This document shows, one piece after another, positions 27,834-37,418 of a stretch of DNA of 64,000 nucleotides. The stretch's first letter is position 1; each line of letters begins with the position of its first letter. The DNA comes from an uncultured Chthonomonadales bacterium (GTDB lineage: Bacteria > Armatimonadota > Chthonomonadetes > Chthonomonadales > CAJBBX01). The translations under genes were made by a program, and so were the position numbers. The DNA lies in contig CALLMM010000005.1 in NCBI GenBank assembly GCA_938005745.1, forward strand, positions 33,895 to 97,894, written 5' to 3'. The notes beneath the pieces are model-generated. The model saw nothing but the letters and a program-made list of their open reading frames with translations, had not been told where the DNA came from and did not search any database.

Positions 27834-28784
27834 GTGAAAGAAGGCATCGTTCTGCAGGCTGTCAGCGGCTTATACACCGTCCACGCGCGCGATCAGGTGT
27901 ACGACTGCACGCTGCGCGGCAATCTCAAGAAAGAGTTAAACTACACCACCAGCGCCAGCTTTGCCCGGCGCGTGACCAGCGCACGCCGTCCCTTCGCCCG
28001 AGATGTCTTATCGGTTGGGGATCGGGTGCGCTTTGTCGTTACCAAGCCCGGCGCAGGCGTCATCGAGGAGGTGCTTCCGCGCCGGTCGCGGTTTGTGCGC
28101 GCAGGCTTTCGCGGACGCGAGCAGACCATCGTCAGCAATCTCGACCTGCTGGTGATCGTCTTTGCCTGCGCGGAGCCGAACCCCGATCTGTGGAAGCTGG
28201 ATCGTTTTCTGGCGGCGGCGGAGCAGGAGGGGCTGGAGCCGCTGATCGTCGCCAACAAGCGCGACCTGGTCAGCGAAGAGCAGCAGCGCGAGACGTTTCG
28301 GGAGTATGAGGCGCTGGGCTATCGCGTTTTGCCGACTAGCGTCCGGGAGTCACTCGGACTGGACGCCCTGCGCGACGCGCTGAAGGAGCGGGTTGCGGCG
28401 TTTGTGGGACCGTCGGGCGTCGGCAAGTCCAGTCTGCTCAACGCGATGCATCCGGGACTCAATCTCGCCACCGCCGACATCGGCTATACTACCTACAAGG
28501 GACGGCATACCACCACCGCCGCCCGGCTGATCCCGCTTCCGTCCGGGGGCTGGGTCGCCGATACGCCGGGGCTGCGGCAGCTGGAGCTTTTCGAGTGTTC
28601 GCGGGAGGAGCTGGAGGGGTGCTTCCCGGAGTTTCGCGCTCACATCGGACGCTGTAAGTTCGACGACTGCCGTCACGATACGGAGCCGGGCTGCGCCATC
28701 AAGCGCGCCGTCGAGGAGCAGCGCATCTCTGAGCGGCGTTACCGCAGTTTTCTGGCGCTGGCAGCAGAGGTGAGCCGGCGGTGA
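27834..28784 (+). CDS. rsgA: Ribosome small-subunit-dependent GTPase A
   Basis: Start trimmed to GTG 27834 (VKEGIVLQAVSGLYTV). OB-fold, circularly permuted GTPase (ANKRDL before GPSGVGKSSL), C-terminal zinc cluster CKFDDCRHDTEPGC. Confidence 0.9.
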   Translation: MKEGIVLQAVSGLYTVHARDQVYDCTLRGNLKKELNYTTSASFARRVTSARRPFARDVLSVGDRVRFVVTKPGAGVIEEVLPRRSRFVRAGFRGREQTIVSNLDLLVIVFACAEPNPDLWKLDRFLAAAEQEGLEPLIVANKRDLVSEEQQRETFREYEALGYRVLPTSVRESLGLDALRDALKERVAAFVGPSGVGKSSLLNAMHPGLNLATADIGYTTYKGRHTTTAARLIPLPSGGWVADTPGLRQLELFECSREELEGCFPEFRAHIGRCKFDDCRHDTEPGCAIKRAVEEQRISERRYRSFLALAAEVSRR

Positions 28785-29500
28785 GGCGGCTGCGAACCAT
28801 GCTGCCGGCGGTTCTGACGGCTGCGGGAGCAGCGGCTGCGCTGGCTCTCCACGCAGGAGGGGGGATGAGAGAAGCCGCTCGTCCGCGCACGGTCGTGCAG
28901 GTGCTGCAACGGTACGGGGCGCAGACCCGCGCCGCATACGAGCCGATCTGCCGGGCGCAGGGGATCGCCTGGACCCCGAAGCGGCTGGCGATCCTGGCTT
29001 TCAAGGAGGAGAGGCGGCTGGAGGTCTGGGTCGCCAACAACGCCGGACCGTATCGCCGGCTCGCGACCTACCCCATTCTGGCGGCGAGCGGCGGACCCGG
29101 TCCCAAGCTGCGCGAGGGCGATCTGCAGGTCCCCGAAGGGTTCTATCGTCTGACCGATCTCAATCCCAACAGCCGCTTTCATCTATCTATTCGGATCAAC
29201 TATCCGAACGCCGAGGATATCCGGCACGCGGTCGTTCCCCGCGATCAGATGGGGGGCGACATCTTCCTGCACGGTCGGAGCGTCTCGATCGGCTGTCTGG
29301 CGATCGGCGATCCGGCGATCGAAAAGGTTTTCTGTCTGGCGGCGCAGATTCCGTCGTCCCGGCGCGCGATCTATATCGCGCCGAGAGACTTCCGGAGCCG
29401 TCCCGCCTCCTCGCTGCAGCCGGAGTCTGCCCGGATGCGCGACCTCTATCGGCGTCTGGAGCAGCGTCTCCGCGCCTTTCCAACGGGCGAGCAGCCGTGA
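28781..29500 (+). CDS. L,D-transpeptidase catalytic-domain family protein
   Basis: Signal peptide. GDLQVPEGFYRL...IFLHGRSVSIGCLAI (YkuD-type His/Cys motif). Start overlaps the rsgA stop. Confidence 0.75.
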   Translation: MRRLRTMLPAVLTAAGAAAALALHAGGGMREAARPRTVVQVLQRYGAQTRAAYEPICRAQGIAWTPKRLAILAFKEERRLEVWVANNAGPYRRLATYPILAASGGPGPKLREGDLQVPEGFYRLTDLNPNSRFHLSIRINYPNAEDIRHAVVPRDQMGGDIFLHGRSVSIGCLAIGDPAIEKVFCLAAQIPSSRRAIYIAPRDFRSRPASSLQPESARMRDLYRRLEQRLRAFPTGEQP

Positions 29501-30111
29501 GGGCGCTGGCGTTATGTCTGGCGCTGGTCGGGATCGGGAAAGCGCAGACGTCCCCTCCGCCGATGCCCGCGCTCATCGTCAACCCGCGCACGACCGCCGA
29601 AAAGATCGTCAACGGGGCGAAGCGCGAGGTGCTGCGAGGGGTGCGTTACGATCCCGGCTACTACCGCATCGCCTATCCCGGCGGAGATGTTCCGGCAAAT
29701 CGGGGAGCCTGCACCGATGTGATTGTGCGCGCGCTCCGGCACGCTGGGTACGATCTTCAGCGGCTGATGCATGAGGATATGCGCCGCAGCTTCTCCCGCT
29801 ATCCGCGGCGTTACGGGCTGCGTCGTCCCGATCCCAATATTGACCATCGCCGCGTGCCCAATCAGATGACCTTCTTCCGGCGGTTCGGGCGCGTCCTGCC
29901 GACCGCCGTCACCGGCTCCGCCGCGCAGACGTGGAAGCCGGGCGACTTCGTCTACTGGAAGCTGGACAGCGGACTGGATCACGGCGGCGTGCTCTCAGAT
30001 GAGCGGGGAAGCAGCGGTCTGCCGCTCGTAATCCACAATCTTGGGGGCGCAGCGCAGGAGGATGTGCTGACGCGCTGGAAGATTATCGGGCACTTTCGCT
30101 ACCCGAAATAG
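29497..30111 (+). CDS. DUF1287 domain protein
   Basis: YDPGYYRIAYPGGDVP...GACTDVIVRALR...GDFVYW...HGGV pattern. Start overlaps the previous stop. Confidence 0.75.
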   Translation: MRALALCLALVGIGKAQTSPPPMPALIVNPRTTAEKIVNGAKREVLRGVRYDPGYYRIAYPGGDVPANRGACTDVIVRALRHAGYDLQRLMHEDMRRSFSRYPRRYGLRRPDPNIDHRRVPNQMTFFRRFGRVLPTAVTGSAAQTWKPGDFVYWKLDSGLDHGGVLSDERGSSGLPLVIHNLGGAAQEDVLTRWKIIGHFRYPK

Positions 30112-30117
30112 CCGCGT

Positions 30118-31323
30118 TCAGAAGTGGTCCGGGGCGGGGATAAACGGGGCGCGTCGGGGGAACAGAGCGGCGGCGAGAGCCGCCGTCGCCTCGGAGTAGG
30201 CGCGCAGTCGCCGCATCGCAAGCGAGTCCTCCAGACTGTGGTAGCCGAAGAAGACCTGCGACCAGGCGCGCACGTCCCCCTCGATCCGGTGGCGCGGATT
30301 CGCCGACTCGCCTCCGGCGCGAATATGTGTCGCCTTGCCGTCGCCTTCAATCGTCGTCATCGTCGGCGCGGACTGCATCAGTGAATCGTGTATGACCAGC
30401 GTGACGGCTCCGCGAAATCCGGCGAAGTTGGGGGCGAGCGTCTGCAGGGCGACCTGTGGATCTACGATCCGGAACATGACCCCCGGCATCGCCTCCGTAT
30501 AGAGTCCGCCCATCGCCTCCCGTCCCGGCTGCAGCAGACCGCTCTCCTGAAGCCCGGTCATGTCGGTGATATACTCGATCTCTTCCGCCTCGGAGCGACC
30601 GGCGAGGTAGCCGATCAGACCGCGCTGCGCCGCCTCGGACAGCGTCTTCATCTCCAGCAGCTTCAACGTCTGGCGTCCCTCCACGCCCTGCTGAAGATCG
30701 AACAGCAGATAGCCCTCCGCCTTCTTACGCCGATAGACAACCTTCCTCTTCGCATACTCGAAAAGGTAGGTCCACCGTTTGCGATCCCGCAGGCAGGAGC
30801 CGGTGCGCTCGCGGCTGGTCTGGTCATAGATCTGCTGCATCTCGGCGAGGTCGGAGGGGAGCGCGGGGCGAACGTGGCGCGAGTCGGCGAAAGCCGGCAG
30901 CAGGTTCGGCGCGGTGGAGACCCGTAGCTGCGTCCCGGCGTGTTCCCAGCCGAACCGGCGGTAGTAGTCGTAGGAGAAGGGAAAGAGGGCGGAGAAGGGG
31001 CAGCGCTGTTCGCGCAGAGTGCGGAGCGTCTGCTCCAGCAGACGCCCCGCATAGCCGTTTCGCCGGTGCGAGGGGCGCGTCGCAACGCCCGCCACCCCGC
31101 CGACCTGCGCCGCCGCCGCGCCGATCCACATGCGCGTCTCCATGATGGTCAGGCAGGAGATGATCTCGCCGTCTTCCAGCAGGACGCGCTTCTTCTCGAT
31201 GTCGAAGTAGGGGTCTTTATAGAAGAGGTCGCGGGCGGAGGCGAAGGGGAGCATGAACGACTCGCACATGACGGCGAGCATGGCGTCTAGCTCTTCATGA
31301 TGGACGGCGCGTATCTCCTGCAT
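30118..31323 (-). CDS. GNAT N-acetyltransferase, Eis-like (GNAT + SCP2-like C-terminus)
   Basis: 401 aa. Acetyl-CoA loop RPSHRRNGYAGRLL. Overall three-domain length typical of Eis-family enzymes. Confidence 0.75.
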   Translation of the reverse strand: MQEIRAVHHEELDAMLAVMCESFMLPFASARDLFYKDPYFDIEKKRVLLEDGEIISCLTIMETRMWIGAAAAQVGGVAGVATRPSHRRNGYAGRLLEQTLRTLREQRCPFSALFPFSYDYYRRFGWEHAGTQLRVSTAPNLLPAFADSRHVRPALPSDLAEMQQIYDQTSRERTGSCLRDRKRWTYLFEYAKRKVVYRRKKAEGYLLFDLQQGVEGRQTLKLLEMKTLSEAAQRGLIGYLAGRSEAEEIEYITDMTGLQESGLLQPGREAMGGLYTEAMPGVMFRIVDPQVALQTLAPNFAGFRGAVTLVIHDSLMQSAPTMTTIEGDGKATHIRAGGESANPRHRIEGDVRAWSQVFFGYHSLEDSLAMRRLRAYSEATAALAAALFPRRAPFIPAPDHF

Positions 31324-31344
31324 GGCGAGTGGCGGGTTCCGGCG

Positions 31345-31875
31345 TCAGGGAAGCTCGTCTATCAGTATCCTGTCGTTGGTGAAGACGCATATCTCGGAGG
31401 CGATCCGCATCGCCTCTTCGACGATTTTGCGCGCCGAGAGGTCGGTATTGGCGATCAGCGCCTTCGCCGCCGCCATCGCATAGGTTCCTCCGGAGCCGAT
31501 CGCCGCCACGCCGTCGTCCGGTTCCAGCACGTTGCCGTCTCCGGTCAGCAGATAGAGCTTCTCCGCATCGGCGACGATCATGAGCGCCTCCATCCGGCGC
31601 AGGATCCGGTCGGAGCGCCACTCCTTGGCGAACTCGATGGCGGCGCGGGTCAGGTTGCCGCTGGAGGCTTCCAGCTTTGCCTCAAACTTATCCGCCAGCG
31701 CCTGCGCGTCCGCGACCGATCCGGCGAAGCCTGCCAGCACCTTATTCTGATACATCCGCCGAATTTTGCGAGCGGAGTGTTTGACGACCGTATACTCCAT
31801 CGTTACTTGACCATCGCCGGCAAGCGCGACCTTCCCCTCTCGACGAACGGCGACGATGGTGGTTGATCTGATCAT
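31345..31875 (-). CDS. hslV: ATP-dependent protease subunit HslV
   Basis: 176 aa. STTIVAVRREGKVALAGDGQVT, GFAGSVADA, GSGGTYA motifs. Confidence 0.9.
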   Translation of the reverse strand: MIRSTTIVAVRREGKVALAGDGQVTMEYTVVKHSARKIRRMYQNKVLAGFAGSVADAQALADKFEAKLEASSGNLTRAAIEFAKEWRSDRILRRMEALMIVADAEKLYLLTGDGNVLEPDDGVAAIGSGGTYAMAAAKALIANTDLSARKIVEEAMRIASEICVFTNDRILIDELP

Positions 31876-31997
31876 TCCCCATCCTTTTCAAAAAAACAAC
31901 TCTGCCCGACAGATTTCTTCATCCGTCGGGCAGAGTCCTGCTTTCCATCACTGCGCTGCTTCCACCGCATACAGTCTATTCCGGCTGCAGAGCGTCT

Positions 31998-32219
31998 CTA
32001 TTGCATTCTTCTTCGTGCGGCATAAAGCTCCATTAAGAACATCTCGGCATCCTGCTCGGTCAGATATGCCCAGAGAAACGGGTAGTCCATCAACTCTGCA
32101 GCGCTCTGAACCTGCCGTCCATGTCGGGGCGGCACGGGGATCTCCTCGCGATTGTAAGCGGCGACAACGTCTAGATAGTGCCGAATGCCGGACTGCGATT
32201 TCTCGGACATTGTTGTCAC
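31998..32219 (-). CDS. Hypothetical small protein (73 aa)
   Basis: ORF only. Lower-GC codon usage; no recognisable family. Confidence 0.35.
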   Translation of the reverse strand: MTTMSEKSQSGIRHYLDVVAAYNREEIPVPPRHGRQVQSAAELMDYPFLWAYLTEQDAEMFLMELYAARRRMQ

Positions 32220-32458
32220 CTCTTTCTGTTGATCTGTTCTATGAATGTCTACATATGCTATAACGGCGATTGATCGCTTCCTGAGGGTGGCAGTATTAAC
32301 AATATCGGCGTTTCCGACGCATATCTTCTTCTCTTCTCAAGAGGATCGCTCCGCAGATCAGCCCTCATGCTTCCTATACGCATAATCCGTGCCACAAATT
32401 CCTTGCGTCGTTTTCGCCGACGGAAGCGGACTGCAGGGGTACAATACCTGAAGAGGCG

Positions 32459-35400
32459 ATGTTTGCCCAACTCAACGGTTTGAGGTACGCCATGTATAAA
32501 CATCCGGAACTGACGATGGCGCGCATCGAGCGCTTCCTTCGCAATGAGATACACCCCCGGCTCTGGAGTCGGCAGGCGCCCCTGCGGGCGGAGGTCTATC
32601 GCCCGGAGGCTCCCGCGCCCTATGCGCACGGGCTGCAGGGGCGACGGGAGACCGGTCCGCCGGCGAACGCCGAATTTCAGCCGGTCGAGTCCGGGTTCGC
32701 CTGGGGACCGATCTGGACGGACGCCTGGTTCCGTTTCTCCGGCGCGATCCCTGCAGAGTGGCGCGGGGAGAAGGTCGTTGCCCGGATTGACTGCGGAGCG
32801 GAGGCGATCGTATGGGACGGAGACGACCCGAAGCAGGGGCTGGACGCCAACCACGGCGAGTATCGTCTGACGGATGCGGCGCAGGGAGGCGAGCCGATCA
32901 CGCTCTATGTGCGCGCCAACGGCATGAACCCGCATGTGAGCGTGGATGCAAAGCCGATCGTTCCGCCGGAGAAGCCCTTTACCTTTCAGCACGCCTTTCT
33001 GGCGGTCTATGACGAGGAGTTGTGGGCGCTCTTTCACGATATGAAGATCGCGGGGCTGGTGATGAAGGAGCAGCCGGAGAACACGCCCCGCAGGGGGCAG
33101 CTTCTCTACGCGCTGAATGAGGCGGTCAACGCCTACGACCCGGAGGATCGCGCCTCGATCGCCCGCTGCCGGCAGATTATCGCCGAGACCTACCGGAAGC
33201 CCGCGCACGCCTCCGCCCATCAGATCAGCGCGATCGGGCACGCCCACATAGACACCGCCTGGCTCTGGTCCCTGGAGCGCACGCAGCAGAAGTGCTTGCA
33301 CACCTTTGCCACCGCCACCCGCATGATGGACGAGTATCCCGAATATAAGTTCATCTGTTCGCAGGCGCAGCAGTACGCCTGGGTCAAGCAGATGGCCCCG
33401 AAGCTCTACGAGCGAATCAAGGAGAAGATCGCGGCGGGACAGTGGGAGGTAACCGGCTCGATGTGGGTCGAGGCGGACTGCAACATCTCCTCCGGCGAAT
33501 CGCTGGTGCGTCAGGTGCTGCATGGCAAGAACTTCTTTCTGGATGAGTTCGGCATCGAGACGCGCGACCTCTGGCTGCCGGATGTGTTCGGCTATGCCGC
33601 CTGTCTGCCGCAGATCCTCAAGAAGGCGGGCATAGACTACTTCCTCACGCAGAAGATCTCCTGGAATCAGATCAACAAGTTTCCGCATCACACCTTCCTG
33701 TGGCAGGGAATTGACGGCACGCGCATCTTCACGCACTTCCCGCCCGCCGACACCTACAACGCCATGATGACGCCGCAGGAGCTGGCGTACAATGTCTGCA
33801 ACTTCCGGGAGAACGATCGCGCCACCCGCTCGCTCTACGTCTACGGGTATGGGGATGGGGGCGGGGGACCGACCGCCGAGATGCTGGAGAACGCCCGACG
33901 CCTGCAGGATGTCGAGGGGATGCCGAAGGTAACGCTGGAGTTTGCGCGCGACTTCTTCGAGAAGGCGGTGGAGGATGCGCGCGACCTGCCGCTGTGGGTC
34001 GGCGAACTCTATCTGGAGCTGCATCGCGGGACCTACACCACGCAGGCGCGCAATAAGTTCCACAACCGCCGCAGCGAGTTTCTCCTGCGCGAAGCGGAGT
34101 TTCTCGCCTGTATCCGTCCGGAGGGGCTGGCGGCTTATCCCGCGCAGGAGCTGGACACCGCCTGGAAACTGGTGCTGCTCAACCAGTTCCATGACATCAT
34201 TCCCGGCTCGTCCGTCAACGAGGTCTATCGCGACTCGGAGCGCGACTATGCAGTCGTGCGCGGCATCGCCGAAAAGATCATCGCCGGGTCGCTGGCGTCC
34301 ATCGGCGCGGCGGTCAACACGGTCGGCATGAAGATGCCCGTGCTGGTGGTTCGCAACTACGACAACTGGGCGTGGAGCCAGCATGTCGCCGTGCCGCTGC
34401 CGGAGGGTGTGAATCCGCAGGCGGTCTACTACGCGGATGAGGAGGAGTTCTCGGCAGAGGGGGTTCCGATGGCGGGTCCCGTGCAGATCGTCGAGGAGAA
34501 CGGTCAGCGGTATGCGCTCTTTGAGGAGGCGACGCCGGACGATGTGCACGGCTATACGGTCTACGATATGAGCGAAGAGGCGGTCGAACTGGAGAACCCG
34601 TTCGAGGTTTCGCCCAGGCTGCTGGACAACGGCTGGCTTCGCGTGGAGTGGGACGAGAACGGGCTGATCTCCCGCATCTACGACTACCGCGAGGAGCGGG
34701 AGGTGATGAACCCGGGCGAGAAGGGCAACCAGCTGCAGCTGTTTGAAGACAAACCGCTCTTCTGGGACGCCTGGGATGTGGATATCTTCTACCAGGAGAA
34801 GGGAACCGTTCTGAACCGCCTGGATTCTGCAGAGGTAGTCGAGACCGGTCCGGTGCGCGCGGCGATCCGGCAGACCCGTACCTTCGGCAGCTCCCGCATC
34901 ACGCAGACAATCCGTCTGCATGCCCACAGCAAACGGCTGGAGTTTGTGACGGAGGTAGACTGGCACGAGGAGCGGAAGCTGCTCAAAGCCGCGTTCCCGG
35001 TCGCCGTCAACAGTCCCCGCGCCACCTACGAGATTCAGTACGGGCATGTGGAGCGACCGACCCACTACAACACCAGCTGGGACCTGGCGCGCTTTGAGGT
35101 GGCGGCGCAGAAGTGGGTGGATCTGAGCGAGGGCGACTACGGCGTCGCGCTGCTCAACAACGGCAAGTACGGGCACGACACGTTCGGCAATACCCTGCGC
35201 ATCACGCTGCTGCGCGCGCCGAAGGCTCCCGATCCTGAAGCCGATATGGGACGGCATACCTTCACCTACGCCCTGCTGCCGCACGGGGGCGACCTGCGTT
35301 CCGGCGAGGTGGTGGAGCAGTCCTACTACCTGAATACGCCGCCGCGCGCGATCCTGCTCGCGCCGGGACAGACGGGAGATCAGCCGCGCGAGATCGGCTA

Positions 35401-35656
35401 CTTCGATACGGATCGTCAGGGGGTTGTGATCGAGGCGATCAAGAAAGCGGAACGGGAGGACGCGATCATTGTGCGGCTGTATGAAGCCTACAACTCTCGC
35501 GGACCGGTGGTGCTGCGCACCTCGCTTCCGGTCGCTTCGGCGCATCTGTGCGACCTGATGGAGCGCGATCTGCAGGAGCTTCCGGTCGAAGAGGGAGAGG
35601 TGGAGTTCTTCGTACACCCGTTTGAGATCGTTACGATCAAACTGCGTCTCTCGTAG
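32459..35656 (+). CDS. Alpha-mannosidase, glycoside hydrolase family 38
   Basis: 1065 aa. GHAHIDTAWLW metal/catalytic motif, WLPDVFGY, NQFHDIIPGS. The minus-strand 1161-aa ORF is a shadow. Exact start (32459 vs 32492) uncertain. Confidence 0.9.
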   Translation: MFAQLNGLRYAMYKHPELTMARIERFLRNEIHPRLWSRQAPLRAEVYRPEAPAPYAHGLQGRRETGPPANAEFQPVESGFAWGPIWTDAWFRFSGAIPAEWRGEKVVARIDCGAEAIVWDGDDPKQGLDANHGEYRLTDAAQGGEPITLYVRANGMNPHVSVDAKPIVPPEKPFTFQHAFLAVYDEELWALFHDMKIAGLVMKEQPENTPRRGQLLYALNEAVNAYDPEDRASIARCRQIIAETYRKPAHASAHQISAIGHAHIDTAWLWSLERTQQKCLHTFATATRMMDEYPEYKFICSQAQQYAWVKQMAPKLYERIKEKIAAGQWEVTGSMWVEADCNISSGESLVRQVLHGKNFFLDEFGIETRDLWLPDVFGYAACLPQILKKAGIDYFLTQKISWNQINKFPHHTFLWQGIDGTRIFTHFPPADTYNAMMTPQELAYNVCNFRENDRATRSLYVYGYGDGGGGPTAEMLENARRLQDVEGMPKVTLEFARDFFEKAVEDARDLPLWVGELYLELHRGTYTTQARNKFHNRRSEFLLREAEFLACIRPEGLAAYPAQELDTAWKLVLLNQFHDIIPGSSVNEVYRDSERDYAVVRGIAEKIIAGSLASIGAAVNTVGMKMPVLVVRNYDNWAWSQHVAVPLPEGVNPQAVYYADEEEFSAEGVPMAGPVQIVEENGQRYALFEEATPDDVHGYTVYDMSEEAVELENPFEVSPRLLDNGWLRVEWDENGLISRIYDYREEREVMNPGEKGNQLQLFEDKPLFWDAWDVDIFYQEKGTVLNRLDSAEVVETGPVRAAIRQTRTFGSSRITQTIRLHAHSKRLEFVTEVDWHEERKLLKAAFPVAVNSPRATYEIQYGHVERPTHYNTSWDLARFEVAAQKWVDLSEGDYGVALLNNGKYGHDTFGNTLRITLLRAPKAPDPEADMGRHTFTYALLPHGGDLRSGEVVEQSYYLNTPPRAILLAPGQTGDQPREIGYFDTDRQGVVIEAIKKAEREDAIIVRLYEAYNSRGPVVLRTSLPVASAHLCDLMERDLQELPVEEGEVEFFVHPFEIVTIKLRLS

Positions 35657-35713
35657 GCGGGCAGGGGAAGCCGATCCATAGCCGGAGAGGCTTCCTCGTA
35701 CCTGACACTCCGG

Positions 35714-35890
35714 GATTGCTTCGGTCGCTGCGCTCCCTCGCAATGACAGAGAGCGACGCCTGCCGCCTCCCTCGCAATGACAGAGGGGGTCGCCTGTCGC
35801 CTCCCTCGCAAGGACAGAATGGGAGGCTCGACCGTTTCAGTTATGCGCAATATGTTCTCAGACTGTCATTGCGAGCGCAGCGAAGCAATC
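35714..35890. repeat. Composite REP/MITE-like intergenic element, copy A
   Basis: Left arm GATTGCTTCGGTCGCTGCGCTCCCTCGCAATGACAG, inverted right arm CTGTCATTGCGAGCGCAGCGAAGCAATC. The CTCCCTCGCAAKGACAG unit occurs three times in tandem (starts 35733, 35767, 35801; 34-nt period). A second copy lies at 47809..47928. Confidence 0.8.
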
Positions 35891-36000
35891 TTCTTCTTTC
35901 CGGGAGAAGAGGAGATCAGCTCTGTCGCAGGCGACAGGAGAGATACGGCGGGGCAGAGGAATACGTTCTGACAGGGATCGAAGGGGTTTTCGGCACACTT

Positions 36001-37404
36001 ATGTTTATCAATCGGACGAAACTCATCCGGGACAATCCTGTGCAGCTTAACTACGGCGTGGCGGTGCTGGATGTGGATGGCGACGGCGCGCTGGAGCTGT
36101 TCGTCGCGGGATACGGCTCCGCGAATCTGGCGTTGAAATGGGACGGTCGTCAGTTCGTGGACATCGCGGACCCCGCTCTGAAGTCTCCGCAGCGACAGGC
36201 GATCGGAGTCGCCGCCGGAGACATTGACGGGGATGGGCGCGAAGAGATCTATGTGCTGAATACCGACACCTTCGCCGGGGAGAAGCGGTTCGGAGATCAC
36301 CTGTTCAGCTTCCATGACGGCAGATGGGTGGACCTCTTTGCGCTTCCGCACAACGCCCGCGTCGCCAATCATATCGCCGGTCGCTCGGTCGCCTGTGTGG
36401 ATCGGGAAGGGAACGGGGTCTACGGTCTGCTGGTCGCCAACTATGGCGGTCCCCTGCGGATGTATGAGACGCTGGACGGAATGCATCTGGTGGATGTCGC
36501 CCCGGAGGTGGGGCTGGACTATATCACCGGCGGACGGGCGCTGCTGTCACTGCCCCTGGTGAGTGACCGGATGGACATCTTCGCCGCCAACGAGAACAGC
36601 CAGAACTTTCTCTTCGTCAATCGCGGCGACGGCAAGTTCGACGAGATGGCGGAGGAGCTGGGAGTGGCGGACCCGCATGAGCATGCGCGGGGCGTCGCCG
36701 CGCTGGATGCCGACGGGAACGGGCGTTTTGATCTGGTGGTGGGCAACTGGGAGGGACCGCATCGTCTCTTCCTGCAGTCGCTGACCGGCGGTTATATGGA
36801 CGCGGCGCCCCCGGAGATGGCGGAGCCTTCCCGCGTTCGCACGGTGATCGCCGCCGACTTTGACAATGACGGGTACGAGGAGATCTTCTTCAACAATATC
36901 GGGCAGCCGAACCGCCTCTTCGCCCTGCGTGATAGGGGAGACGATCCTCTGTGGCAGACAGGCGAATGGGTCGGGGTGGATGTGGGCGATGCGCTGGAGC
37001 CATGGGGACTGGGAACCGGAGCCGCGGTCGGCGACTTCGACGGCGACGGTCGGCTGGAACTGATCATCTCGCACGGGGAGGCGCAGCCGCAGCCGCTCTC
37101 GCTCTATCACACCCCCGAAAATGGCAACGACTGGCTGCGCATCATGCCGTTGACGCCGAGAGGCGCGCCGGCGCGGGGCGCGGTCGTCATTCTTACCACC
37201 CGCAGCCGCATTCTGCGCCGCGCAATTGACGCCGGAAGCGGCTATCTCTGCCAGATGGAGCCGGTCGCCCATTTCGGGCTGGGGATGGGGATGGAACTGG
37301 AGCAGCTGGAGATCCGCTGGCCCGACGGCATGTCGCTGATCCTGGACGATCCGCGCAACTTCCCGCCGCGCAATACGCTCTATATCCCGCATCCGGAGAC
37401 CTGA
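36001..37404 (+). CDS. CRTAC1-family protein (FG-GAP/VCBS repeats + ASPIC/UnbV C-terminal domain)
   Basis: Start trimmed to MFINRT (ATG 36001), because the upstream part of track ORF 35716.. translates the repeat element. Repeated DxDGDG motifs (VLDVDGDGALE, GDIDGDGREE, ALDADGNGRFD, ADFDNDGYEE, GDFDGDGRLE). GSGYLCQMEPVAHFGLG UnbV motif. Confidence 0.85.
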   Translation: MFINRTKLIRDNPVQLNYGVAVLDVDGDGALELFVAGYGSANLALKWDGRQFVDIADPALKSPQRQAIGVAAGDIDGDGREEIYVLNTDTFAGEKRFGDHLFSFHDGRWVDLFALPHNARVANHIAGRSVACVDREGNGVYGLLVANYGGPLRMYETLDGMHLVDVAPEVGLDYITGGRALLSLPLVSDRMDIFAANENSQNFLFVNRGDGKFDEMAEELGVADPHEHARGVAALDADGNGRFDLVVGNWEGPHRLFLQSLTGGYMDAAPPEMAEPSRVRTVIAADFDNDGYEEIFFNNIGQPNRLFALRDRGDDPLWQTGEWVGVDVGDALEPWGLGTGAAVGDFDGDGRLELIISHGEAQPQPLSLYHTPENGNDWLRIMPLTPRGAPARGAVVILTTRSRILRRAIDAGSGYLCQMEPVAHFGLGMGMELEQLEIRWPDGMSLILDDPRNFPPRNTLYIPHPET

Positions 37405-37418
37405 CCGGGCGGAGAGAA

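Noticed and set aside
32258-35743. 1161-aa ORF on the minus strand
   Set aside because: Shadow of the GH38 alpha-mannosidase gene, whose catalytic motifs are unambiguous on the + strand.
35733-35834. Possible CRISPR array (regularly spaced 17-nt repeats)
   Set aside because: Only three units at a 34-nt period, with related rather than unique spacers. It is embedded in an inverted-repeat element, no cas genes are present, and the same structure recurs at 47.8 kb. It is therefore a REP/MITE-like repeat, not a CRISPR array.
35716-36000. N-terminal 95 codons of track ORF 35716..37404
   Set aside because: This part translates the REP/MITE-like repeat (LRSLRSLAMTE...). A proper ATG at 36001 starts the conserved CRTAC1-type sequence.
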